A program made the position numbers and the translations under genes. DNA of 64,000 nucleotides from Eledone cirrhosa (taxonomy: Eukaryota), in NCBI GenBank assembly GCA_964016885.1, contig OZ024748.1, forward strand, positions 59,706,001 to 59,770,000, written 5' to 3'. Of the stretch, positions 27,377 to 40,214 are shown piece after piece. The notes beneath the pieces were generated by a model. The model saw only the letters and a list, made by a program, of their open reading frames with translations. It searched no databases and had not been told where the DNA came from. Positions within the stretch are counted from its first letter, which is position 1. Each line of letters begins with the position of its first letter.

Positions 27377-27860
27377 ATTGGTGAGGACATCGCCCCCGTG
27401 CCTTTAGTAACTCAATGGAGTGGTTGTGTGAGGTCTTTCAACATAGGATAGGCGAGTACCGAAATTCCTTGAGGCTCCCACCCCAGGGAAAATGTGTTTA
27501 GCAAGGAAGGAAAAGACATTGTCCATGACCCTTTTCTCTTTAATTGGGGAGGACATCGTCCCCGTGCTTTTAGTAACTCAATGGGGTGGCTGTGTGAGGT
27601 CTTTCAACATAGGACAGGCGAGTACCGACATTCCTTGAGCCTCCCACCCCAGAGAAAATGTGTTTAGCAAGGGAGGAAAAGACATTGTCCATGACCCTTT
27701 TCTCTTTAATTGGTGAGGACATTGTCCTCGTGCTTTTAGTAACTTAATGGGGGCGGCTGTGTGAGGTATTTCAACATAGGACAAGCTGGTACCAAAATTC
27801 CTTGTAACTCCACACCACATGGAAAGACATGTTTAGCTAGGGAGGAAAAGACAGTGTCCG
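27377..27860. repeat. ~166-bp tandem repeat, 3 copies
   Basis: AATTGG(T/G)GAGGACAT at ~27377, 27542 and 27708. Confidence 0.88.
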
Positions 27861-28817
27861 TGAAACTTTTCAGGACATTTGTAATTAGGAAGGAACGAGG
27901 AAGCTGTTCTCAAACTGAAGAACCGATTGAAATCCTTGCCAAAGAATACCCTCTGCTAAATAGCCTGTTTGTGAAATTAACGTGCAAGTAACTGAGCATT
28001 CTATAGACATGTGTGCATTTAACGTAGTTGTCAGGGAGATTCAGTTTGAAGATATGTGACAAAGGTTAGCCCGTTGAATTATAAGTTTTGCCTGATGAAC
28101 CTGTGAGTACACAGGAGAAATTCCAGTGTAACAACACTCAAACTTGGCTTTAATGAAGAATACACGCCTCTTTCTCCCCCCCCCATTCCCCCCTCTTCCC
28201 CTCTAAATATTGCTTGCACAGGTAATAAATGTGTGTAAACATTTTAGGGGACGCCCCTTTACCCCCTTCTCACTCTATGAGAAAGAAGCTAAATAGATTT
28301 TAGACAGTAATGTTTTAGCTATATACTGAATTAAAATATAATTTAATTTTGTTAGAATATATTGTAAATAAAGGAACATTTTAACAGTAAATATATCTTG
28401 AAGAAATCAATATGTAACTAAAGGCTCCCTCTAGCTAAGGAATCAGGAAACTAATGTGAGTGAGGGGGAGATAATTTTAGGATACTGAGTTCGAAAAAAA
28501 AAAAATTGCTTAATTTTTAATTAATTTATCTTTGTTGACGAAATTATATATTTTAATTTTTTAAATTGTCAAAACAAATTTGTATCAACGCAAATAATAT
28601 TTTTCTTCAATGGTCTGGCACTTATCAAAGAAAAAAACGTCTTTGGAATGGTTGTAAAAGCAAGGAAGTAGATATACAAACACCCCACAAAATTTCACAC
28701 ATACACTGCATAGAGAGAGAATATAGCACCGCTAGGTACCAACCACATTAAAATATAATAGAAATAAAAACAACTGCACGTACCCAAAGTACACAGAGCT
28801 GTAATAGTATTAATAAC

Positions 28818-29505
28818 GGTTTCTACTTTTGGCACAAGGCCAGCAATTACCCAGTACATTACTGGTACTTTATTTTATCGACCCCGTAAGGATGAAAGGC
28901 AAAGTTAACCTCGGCGGGATTTGAACTCAGAATGGAAAGGGCCGTAACTCTATGCGTCAAAGCATGACGTCCGACCCTCTAACGGTTTTTGATTTAGGTA
29001 CAAGGCCAAACATTTAAGGCGAGGGGAAGGTCAATTAAATCGACCCAAGTGTGTTACTGGTACTTTATTTTATCGACCTTCGTAATGATGAAAGGTAAAG
29101 CTAACCTCAGTTGGAATGGGACTCAATAATGATGATAATGATTGTTTCTACTTTTGGCACAAGGCCAGCAAATACCCAGTACATTACTGGTACTTTATTT
29201 TATCGACCCCGTAAGGATGAAAGGCAAAGTTAACCTCGGTAGAATTTGAACTCAGACCGTAAAGGGACGTAACTATGCTGGAAAGCATGGCGTCCGACTC
29301 TCTACCGATACTGCCAATCCACAATGACTTCTGATTTAGACACAAGGCCAACAATTTTGGAGAGAGCGGAAAGATGGTTAAATTCACCCCAGTGCATTAC
29401 TGGGACTTTATTTTAGCAATCTCGTAACGATAAGGATAGCTAACCTTTGTGGGATTTGAAATCGGAACGCAAAGGGACGTTACTTTGTGATACTGTCAAT
29501 CTACC
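28818..29505 (-). mobile_element. Cluster of about 4 same-orientation SINE copies
   Basis: Family matches starting near 28818, 28985, 29140 and 29328. Confidence 0.82.
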
Positions 29506-31359
29506 ATCCTTGCACATTAAATAACTACGAAAATGACAATGACGATGATGATGATGATGATGACGATGATGATGATGATGATGATGATGACGCTAATAAT
29601 GATATTGACGATGACATGATAATGATAATGATGATGATGATGACGCTAATAATGATATTAACGATGACGACGACGACGATGATGACATGATAATGATGAT
29701 GATGACGATGGCGATGATGATAACGATGACAATAATATTAACGATGATGATGATGATGATGACAATGATGATAGTGTGATAATAAAACATGTCACAACGA
29801 TAACCTCGAACTCCTAACAGTGCCGACAAGTCTCCAACATTTCCGATTGTTTTTCATATTTATATATATTTTAAGGTTTATTATTCTTTTATTGTTGATG
29901 TTATTGTTTTGTTTTTGTTGCTGTTGTTACTGTTGTTGGTGTTGCTGTTGTTGTTGTTACTGTTGTTGTTGTTACTGTTGTTGTTGTTGGTGTTACTGTT
30001 GTTGTTGTTACTGTTGTTGTTGTTGGTGTTACTGTTGTTGTTGTTACTGTTGTTGTTGTTGTTACTGTTGCTGTTGTTGGTGTTACTGTTGTTGTTGTTA
30101 CTGTTGTTGGTGTTGCTGTTGTTGTTGTTACTGTTGTTGTTGTTACTGTTGTTGGTGTTGCTGTTGTTGTTGTTACTGTTGTTGTTGTTACTGTTGTTGT
30201 TGTTGGTGTTACTGTTGCTGTTGTTACAGTTGTTGGTGTTGCTGTTGTTGTTGTTACTGTTGTTGGTGTTACTGTTCTTGTTGTTACTGTTGTTGTTGTT
30301 ACTGTTGTTGTTGTTACTGTTGTTGTTGTTGGTGTTACTGTCGTTGTTGTTACTGTTGTTGTTGTTGGTGTTACTGTTGTTGTTGTTACTGTTGTTGTTG
30401 TTGTTGTTACTGTTGTTGTTGTTACTGTTGTTGGTGTTGCTGTTGTTGTTGTTACTGTTGTTGTTGTTACTGTTGTTGGTGTTGCTGTTGTTGTTGTTAC
30501 TGTTGTTGTTGTTACTGTTGTTGTTGTTGGTGTTACTGTTGCTGTTGTTACAGTTGTTGGTGTTGCTGTTGTTGTTGTTACTGTTGTTGGTGTTACTGTT
30601 GTTGTTGTTACTGTTGTTGTTGTTACTGTTGTTGTTGTTACTGTTGTTGGTGTTACTGTCGTTGTTGTTACTGTTGTTGTTGTTGGTGTTACTGTTGTTG
30701 TTGTTACTGTTGTTGTTGTTGGTGTTACTGTTGTTGTTGTTACTGTTGCTGTTGTTGGTGTTACTGTTGTTGTAGTCTCTGCTAATTTAATGAAAGTTTT
30801 TCCAGTTAAGAAGTAGAAGGAATTACAATAACATTGGAACACTCCACAGTTTGATAACCGGAATTTATTTAATTGCCAAAATTCTTCATTTTCTCAAATT
30901 TTATTTTATTTTATTTTTTATTTCATTTTTTATTTTATTTTATTTTATTTTATTTTATTTTATTTTTAATTTTATTTTAGTTTATTTTTCATCTGAGAAC
31001 TTTTAAAAGACGCCGACTTGCTGACGCATTTAGTAACAACTCCATCATCTCTTAGTTGGAAACTAGAAGTGGTAGTCGTAATGGTAGTACTAGTAGAAGT
31101 AAAAGGAGTAGCAGCAGTAGTTTTAGTAGTTGTAGTTGTAGTGATGGTCGTGTTTGTAGTGTTAGTTGATGTAATAGTAGCAGTGGTGGTGATCGTTGGT
31201 GTAGTAGTGGTATTAGTAGTGGTCATAGGCGTAGTAGCAGTAGTAGTATTTGTAGTAGTAGTAACAGAGGCACTCAAAGGTACTATTAAGTACATTGACA
31301 TACTCAGCAGGAGTTGAATTTAAGAATGAGGAGGATGTCGGTTTTCATATATTACACAT

Positions 31360-31730
31360 ATATACTTTATGTATATGTATGTATATATATATATGTATGT
31401 ATATATATATGTATATATATGTGTGTGTGTATATAGATATATATGTGTGTGTGTGTGTATATATATATGTGTGTATATATATATGTGTGTGTATATATAT
31501 ATGTGTGTATATATATATGTGTGTGTATATATATATGTGTGCATGTATGTATGTATGTATGTATGTATATGTATGAATGTATATATATATATGAATGTAT
31601 ATATATATATGTATGTATGTATGTATATGTATGTATGTATGTATGTATGTATATGTATATATATATGTATGTGTATATATATATGTATGTGTATATATAT
31701 ATGTATGTGTATATATATATGTATGTGTAT

Positions 31731-31761
<31 letters not shown>

Positions 31762-31868
31762 TGTATGTATATATGTATATGTATGTATGTATATATGTAT
31801 ATGTATGTATGTATGTATACATGTATGTATGTATATATGTATATGTATGTATGTATGTATATATATAA

Positions 31869-31925
<57 letters not shown>

Positions 31926-31975
31926 TGTATGTATATATATATATATATGTATGTATATATATATATATATGTATG

Positions 31976-32042
<67 letters not shown>

Positions 32043-32079
32043 GTATGTATATATATGTATATATGTATGTATATATATG

Positions 32080-32114
<35 letters not shown>

Positions 32115-32158
32115 GTATATATGTATGTATATATATGTATGTATGTATGTATGTATAT

Positions 32159-32192
<34 letters not shown>

Positions 32193-32779
32193 GTATGTAT
32201 ATATATGTATGTATGTATATATATATATGTATGTATGTATATATATATATATATGTATGTATATATATATATATGTATGTATATATATATATATGTATGT
32301 ATATATATATGTATGTATATATATATATATATGTATGTATATATATATATGTATGTATGTATGTATATATATATATATATGTATGTATATATATATATGT
32401 ATGTATGTATGTATATATATGTATGTATGTATGTATGTATATATATATATGTATGTATGTATATATATATATGTATGTATGTATGTATATATATGTATGT
32501 ATGTATGTATATATATATATATATGTATGTATGTATATATATATATGTATGTATGTATATATATATATGTATGTATGTATATATATATATGTATGTATGT
32601 ATATATATATATGTATGTATGTATATATATATATATATGTATGTATATATATATATATGTATATGTGTATGTATGTATGTATATATATATGTATGTATGT
32701 ATATATATATGTATGTATGTATATATATATGTATGTATGTATATATATATGTATGTATGTATATATATATATATGTATG

Positions 32780-32845
<66 letters not shown>

Positions 32846-32867
32846 TGTATGTATGTATGTATGTATG

Positions 32868-32898
<31 letters not shown>

Positions 32899-33034
32899 GT
32901 ATATATATATATATATGTATGTATATATATGTATATATATATATATATGTATATGTATGTATATATATATATATATGTATGTATATGTATATATATATAT
33001 ATATGTATGTATATATATATATATATATATATAT
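31360..33034. repeat. Very large (TA)/(TATG) microsatellite; similar tracts at 10740-11340, 13725-14395, 24355-25410, 33683-34175, 45620-46360 and 57055-57510
   Basis: Directly visible; source of the Y/I/H/T/C/V/M-only ORFs. Confidence 0.97.
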
Positions 33035-33680
33035 GTTTTCTCTTTCTCTTAATTTCGAGTATATTTTTTTGACCGGCCACCTTCCTGGTGGCAAGGTTGT
33101 AAAAGAAAAGAAATTGTCATCCCTTGAATCGCAAGAATGTTTTGCAAATTTTGAAGGTGCCAGCTATCGCAGCCTTTTGTAGACTATGAATTAGGGAGCT
33201 GCGCTTTTTGTCCACAAATCCAAGTTCAGTCATACTTTGGTCCAAGCGGGTTGGTATATAACCCGTAGCACCAATAATGATGGGTATGAAGCTAAAGGTG
33301 TATCTTGGATACTGGATTTGTAAACTCCTCATCAATGGTCCGTAGATGTCCTCCTTCTCCTGTATTTTTCTGACAACGTTTACATCAAGTGGGCAGCTGA
33401 TCTCCACAACAGAACACGTTTTCAATGTGTGGTCCCAAACTACAATATCAGGCCGGTTGTGCTTTAATTTGGTGGCAGTTTTTATTTTCAGGTTCCACCA
33501 GTATTCCTTAGTGCCATCTGTCTCAATATATTCTTCCTCGTTTGTTGTTAATTTTGTTTTCCGAAGTGCGTTCCAGATGGTTCTAGCTATCCCATCGTGT
33601 CTCATGGGGAGGTAGTAGCGAGATGACATTCTTTCGCAGCTGGCAACAATGTGGCTTACATCCTCGATCTTTGTTTTACA
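33035..33680 (-). mobile_element. 5'-truncated R4/Dong-like non-LTR retrotransposon with restriction-like endonuclease
   Basis: Translates as [15 protein letters not shown] (partial CCHC knuckle), then RHD, RPDIVVWD, VEISCP, EKEDIY and PIIIGATG. The 3'UTR has hairpin GCCACC-AGGAA-GGTGGC. It lies inside (TA/TATG)n. The clade call is from motif style only. Confidence 0.82.
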
Positions 33681-33717
33681 TTATGTATATATATATATAT
33701 GTATGTATATATATATG

Positions 33718-33764
<47 letters not shown>

Positions 33765-33833
33765 GTATGTATATATATATGTATGTATATATATATATAT
33801 ATATATGTATGTATATATATATGTATGTGTATG

Positions 33834-33865
<32 letters not shown>

Positions 33866-33983
33866 TATATGTATATATATGTATGTGTATGTATGTATGT
33901 ATATATATATATATATGTATATATATGTATGTGTATGTATGTATGTATATATATATATATATGTATATATATGTATGTGTATG

Positions 33984-34015
<32 letters not shown>

Positions 34016-34123
34016 TGTATATATATGTATGTATATATATATGTATATATATGTATGTATGTATATATATGTATGTATGTATATGTGTATGTATGTATAT
34101 ATATATATGTATGTATGTATATG

Positions 34124-34155
<32 letters not shown>

Positions 34156-34175
34156 TGTATGTATGTATGTATGTA

Positions 34176-34361
34176 TGGGTTAACTCCGATATAAAACCTG
34201 CGGCTCAGTAGTTACCGATGATGTTGATCTTTTCTTCTTTTCGGGTTATAGCTACTGTCGCTCAGAGAGTGGGATTGGTTCAGTGCACAGTCTTTCCTCA
34301 CTTTAAAAATATTCGTCACGCACAGGCATTGCACGAGTGCATTAATAATTATTAATAGTGT

Positions 34362-34396
<35 letters not shown>

Positions 34397-34401
34397 TATT
34401 A

Positions 34402-34440
<39 letters not shown>

Positions 34441-37400
34441 TTTTCCCAATTCAATGATGTTCCAGAACAATGTAAACGAGATAATTGCCAATTTGGGTTC
34501 TGGAACAAAAAGGATCATTGGCAATAAGGGCAGGGGCCCCAAGTTATCACAACCTGGGCCCGCCCGTCATCGTGCCATTGTAATAGAGCCAAACAGGGCA
34601 TTTAGTCTTGGCTGCTGGAACGTACGGACGCTGCTTGACAGGGATTCTTTGGAGCGTCCTGAACGAAGGACCGCTCTTGTTGCGAAGGAGCTTCGACGTT
34701 ACGATCTTGACATCGTGGCTTTGTCTGAGACGAGGTTAGCTGGAGATGGTCATCTTACGGAATTTTGTGGAGAATATACATTCTTCTGGAAAGGAAGAGA
34801 TGAAGGAACCAGAAGAGAGGCTGGGGTAGGATTTGCTGTTAAGACTGTACTGGTGAATAAATTGGAAGAATTCCCAGTGGGGATTAGTGAGCGTCTTATG
34901 TCCATGAGAGTTCCGCTGGACAAGGGAAGATATGCTACCCTGGTGAGTGTGTATGCTCCAACTATGAATTCTGTCGATGAAGAAAAACTGTCCTTTTACC
35001 ATGCCTTGAAAGGTGTTTTAAGAAATATCCCTCAGGCAGACAAAGTCATCGTGCTTGGTGACTTTAATGCTAGAGTGGGTAGGGATTTTAACACATGGAA
35101 TGTAATCGGAAGGCATGGGGTGGGAAAGTGTAACAGCAATGGTATGCTCTTGCTGCAGATGTGTGAGGAGCTGGATCTGTGTGTTACCAACACCATGTTC
35201 CAACAAAAGAACAAATTCAAGACCACATGGATGCATCCTGCATCTAAGGAATGGCATCTTTTGGACTACGTCCTAGTCAGGATGCGTGACAGACAGGATG
35301 TGCGGTGTGTTCGTGTTCTTCGTGGAGCTGAGTGCTGGACGGACCACCGCCTGGTACGCGCAAAAGTGAATCTAATCACCAAACGTAAAATCCGGGCTCC
35401 TGGTGTTACCCTGCCCAAAAGATTGAATGCTGCTCGTCTTAAGGATAAAAATGTGAAGAGGACATTGGAAGAAGAGATGCAGGCTGCAGATCTTGGTGAG
35501 GATTGGCCGACCCTTAAAAAGTCGGTTTATGATGTAGGCAGACGTGTTCTGGGATTGGTGCAGAGAAAACATCAGGACTGGTTTAATGAGAAAGATGTGC
35601 ATATAGATGACTTGTTGGCTGATAAGAGGCGCGCTCTGTCACGCTACTTGACGGCAAGACCACAGGAGAGGAATACGTTGCATGAGGAGCTCAGGGATGT
35701 AAAATCACGTGTTAGGCGGAGTCTTTCTCAGATGAAGGATCAGTGGTGGAGTGAGAAGGCTGGTGAGATACAAACTGCGTCTGATTGCAATAACACAAAG
35801 CTGTTGTACAGTCTCTTGCGTGAGGTTTATGGACCGTCTTCTTCTCTGGTGACACCGATTCGCAGCAGGGATGGCAAAGAACTTCTTCGTGACTCACAGG
35901 GAATTCTACGAAGGTGGCGGGAGCACTTTGATGATCTTTTGAATCAGCCGTCTGTCGTCAGTGAAGATTTCCTCAATCTCATTCCGGAAAGTCCTGTGAA
36001 AGTAGCTCTCGCAGAGCCTCCGACACTTGTGGAGGTTGCAGTGGCTATTTCGAAGCTGAACAGTGGAAGATCTCCAGGTATGGATGGCATACATGCTGAG
36101 CTCCTACAATATGGTGGTGAGAGACTCCTGCAACATCTTCACTCTCTGTTTGGAAGGATATGGGCTAATGAATCCGTGCCTGAGGACTGGAGAGATGCAG
36201 TAATGGTGGTCTTGTACAAGGGAAAGGGTAACAGGAATGATTGTGGGAACTACAGAGGTATATCATTGCTTTCTGTCGTGGGGAAAGTTTTATGTAGGGT
36301 GCTTCTGGACCGTCTGCTGACACACATTGCAGATTGTGTCCTTCCTGAAAGTCAATCTGGTTTTCGTGTTGGACGCGGCACTACTGATATGATCTTCTCA
36401 GCTAGACAGCTCCAGGAGAAGTGCATTGAACAGGGCTTGGATCTGTATCAGGTTTTTGTCGATCTGACAAAGGCTTTCGATACTGTCAACAGAGATGCAT
36501 TATGGAAGGTTCTCCAGAAACTTGGTTGCCCTGATAAGTTCCTTGCTTTAGTTAGGTCTTTCCATGACGACATGAAGGCTTGGGTTAATGTCGGAGGTAG
36601 CATGTCGGAGCCTATCTCAGTAAAAAATGGAGTGAAACAGGGGGATATTCCAGCACCGACCCTGTTTGCCATATACTTTGCAATGGTTTTCTGTATTGCA
36701 TTCAGGAATTGCGAGCATGGTGTTTACATCCGATATCGAACCTCAGGCAGCATATTTAACATCAGGCGCTTTGCTGCGAAGACAAAAGTATTTACATCAG
36801 TCATAAGAGACCTCTTGTATGCAGATGATTGCGATCTTGTAGCGCACACAGAGAGTGATATGCAGCACATTTTGAATGTATTTTCTGACGCTTGCACTGC
36901 CCTGGGTTTGGCTGTCAGTCTCAAGAAAACCGTCGTCATGTACCAACCTGCACCTGGTGGGCAGTACACTGAACCAAACATCTATGTGTATGGCAAACGA
37001 CTTGGAGTGGTTGATCAGTTTGTCTACCTGGGAAGCACTGTCAATCGATACGGCAACCTTGACAGTGAAATCTCACTTAGGATTAGGAAAGCAAGTGATG
37101 CTTTCGGAAAGCTAGAAAGGCGACTCTGGGGTCGGCGAGACATATGCAGGAGGACAAAGGTAAAGGTGTACAGGGCATGTGTACTCTCTTGTCTTCTTTA
37201 TGCCTGCGAGACCTGGGTCACATATCGACGCCACCTTAAGCAATTGGAGCGTTTCCATCAGATGTGTCTCAGACGGATACATGGCGTTCGCTGGAGGGAC
37301 CACATCAGTGATGTCGAGATTTTGGAAAGCTCTATGTGTGACAGTATAGAAGCTCTTGTGCTTAAGCAGCGACTCCGTTGGAGTGGTCACCTTGCCAGGA

Positions 37401-38007
37401 TGAAGGATTCTAGAATACCAAAACAACTCTTCTATGGAGAGTTGGTTAAAGGAAAACGACCGCCACATAAACCAAAAAAGAGGTATAAGGATTCCTTGAA
37501 GGCCTCTCTGAAAGACGCTAACATCTCTGCTGATACATGGGAAAATATTGCTGCTGATCGTAATAAATGGAGAAAGACTGTATATGAGGGAAAAGTTGCC
37601 TTTGAGGCATCTCGAATCGCACACGAGAAAGTAAAGCGGGACGTGAGGAAGGGTATTGCTGTTGCACTTCCAGACGGCGAGGGTCCTCCTATGTTTCTGA
37701 CATGCAGCGTCTGTGCGAGACTCTGCCTAAGCAAAGCTGGACTCGAAAGTCATCTTCGCAGTCATAAAGTAAGACCAGTGGTTGACTACCAGGCTGCTGT
37801 TGGAGATGCTACTCATCATGCTTGCCAAACATGTGGTAGAGAATGTAAATCAGCAGGAGGACTCAAGCGACATGCAAAAGTACACGAACTCCAACCACAG
37901 CCGACTATTCCCAGTAAATGTTTTGGTTGCCGACTCTGTGCAAGACATTTTGGATCATTGGCTGGGCTAAAAAGCCACATTCGATCGCAGCACTGTTAGT
38001 TGCTATC

Positions 38008-38045
<38 letters not shown>

Positions 38046-38137
38046 GCTTATGTGCGTGCGTGTGTGTGTATATATATATGAATATGTATATTATTATTGT
38101 TGTTGTCGTTATTATTATTATTGCTATTATTATTCTT

Positions 38138-38200
<63 letters not shown>

Positions 38201-38266
38201 TTTTTTTTTTTTTTTTTTTTTTTATTGTGCAATGGCCATACTCGATAACGAGGGGGCAGCCATCAT
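34176..38266 (+). mobile_element. Near full-length RTE LINE (5'UTR, ORF, 3'UTR) inserted in (TATG)n
   Basis: The 5'UTR (34176-34340) and 3' tail (38227-38266, with stem-loop CTCG-ATAA-CGAG) match the short copies at 18416 and 20801. (TATG)n lies on both sides. Confidence 0.9.
34454..37999 (+). CDS. RTE-clade non-LTR retrotransposon ORF: APE endonuclease, reverse transcriptase and three C-terminal C2H2 zinc fingers
   Basis: Uninterrupted 1181-aa ORF. APE motifs: WNVRTL, LSETR, VYAPT, GDFNAR, LDYVL, TDH. RT motifs: [35 protein letters not shown]. RTE-type [11 protein letters not shown]. C2H2 fingers: CSVC..HLRSH, CQTC..HAKVH, CRLC..HIRSQH. Confidence 0.96.
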   Translation: [1181 protein letters not shown]

Positions 38267-39169
38267 GTATGTATGTATGTATGTATGTGTATGTATGTAT
38301 GTATATATATACATATGTATGTGTATGTATGTATATATATATATATACATATGTATGTGTATGTATATATATATATATATATATATACATATGTATATAT
38401 GTGTATATGTATGTATGTATGTATGTATATATATACATATGTATGTGTGTGTGTATATGTATGTATATGAGTGTATATATATGTGTGTGTTTATATATAT
38501 ATATACTTCGTTTTTGAATTTGTTTTGCAAGATTTCTTATCTGAAAATGTGTGTTGAAACAGATATTGTTATATTTTGGGAGAGTCATGCTGCCAATAAA
38601 AACACACGCACCTGTTGCTTTTCACTTCAATTCATTACAAATTTAAGGTTGGTTGGTTCAAGAACTGAATGGTTGTTTATTCATAGTCAAAGGTCTTTCG
38701 TCACACATTCTGTGACCTTCTCAGTGACAGATTTCGTATATTGTCTCTCCCTTTTGTTCTGTTCTACCCTGATGGTTATAATCCCACCGAGGCCATCGCT
38801 GTATGTTATGTATATTATTTACTGAAGGTAAACTATTTCAGTCGCCCCAGTGTACAGTATACTGACTAGTCTAGATTTGAACCAGTACCATACACGACAA
38901 AGACGACAACAACAACAGTAACAGCTACAACAACAACAGTAACAACATCACTGTCTTCAGGAACAGCTACAAGAGTAACACCTATAGTAAAAACATCACA
39001 ACCACCGAAGTAACATCACCAGAAGCACCAACACCAACACCACCACCACTACCACCATCTCCAGCATCACCAGCACTACCACCACCACCACCACCACCAA
39101 CATCACCACCATCACTACCTCCACCACCACCAACAACATCACCACCATCACTACCCCCTACCCCCTACC

Positions 39170-39715
39170 CTCCACCACAGAAGTATCAGCACTACCCCAC
39201 CATTACAACCTTAAACACCACCACCACCTCTACCACCTCTACCACCACTACCACAGAAGTATCAGCTCTACCCCACCATTACAACCTTAAACACCACCAC
39301 CACCACCACAACCACAACCACCACAACCACCACCACCACCACCACCACAGAAGTATCAGCTCTAGCCCACCATTACAACCTTAACACCATCACCACCACC
39401 ACCACAGAAGTATCAGCTCTACCCCACCATTACAATCTTAAACACAAACCATCACCACCACTACCACCACCACCACAGAAGTATCAGCTCTACCCCACCA
39501 TTACAACCTTAAACACCACCACCACCACAACCACCACTACCACCACCACTACCACCACCACTACCACCACTACTACCACCACCACTACCACCACCACCAC
39601 CACAAGTATCAGCTCTACCCCACCATTACAACCTTAAACACCACCACCACCACCACCACTACCACCCACCACCACGACTACCACAGAAGTATCAGCTCTA
39701 CTCTACCATTACCAC
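39170..39715. repeat. Minisatellite: constant ~40-bp unit separated by variable (ACC)n
   Basis: CACAGAAGTATCAGCTCTACCCCACCATTACAACCTTAAAC, about 7 copies. Confidence 0.85.
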
Positions 39716-40214
39716 CACCACCACCATCATTGACATCCCATCTCCCTAAATAACATTATCACGACGACGACGACCACCTCCTACTTTGCTATCGCCTCTA
39801 ATATAGCCTGAAGCTCTTGTTAGAGATAGAAAGAGTGTTTGTGAGTGATAGATAGAAAGAGAGATAGAAAGAGAGCATGAACGAGAGAGATAGAAAGAAA
39901 GAAAGAGAGAGAGAGACAGAGACAGAAATAGAAAAAGAGGGTGAGAAAGAAAGAGGATAAAAGTGAGAAAGAAATAGGAAGAAAGAGAAACAGAGGGTCA
40001 ATGAAAGAGAGATAGAAAGAAAGAGAGAGTGAACGAGAGAGAGAGAGAGAGAGAGAGGGTCAGAGCGAGCGAGAGAGAGAGAGAGAGTCAGTGTGTGTAT
40101 ATTGTGTGTGTTGATCTCAGGAGAGAATAATTGCAACTGAAAGCATATTTTAACTCGGCCATTTATAAAGTTTTAGGATACGAAAAAAAAAACATGAACA
40201 GAAATGGCGGCAAC

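Noticed and set aside
29820-30842. Poly-Cys, poly-Leu and poly-Thr ORFs
   Set aside because: These are translations of a (TGT)n-derived repeat.
24331-33182. Long Y/I/H/T/C/V/M ORFs here and elsewhere
   Set aside because: (TA)/(TG)/(TATG) microsatellites lack stop codons.
34736-37734. Antisense and overlapping ORFs within the LINE
   Set aside because: Shadow ORFs of the RT coding frame.
39170-39715. CRISPR-like constant repeat with variable spacers
   Set aside because: The spacers are just (ACC)n, the context is eukaryotic, and there are no cas genes.
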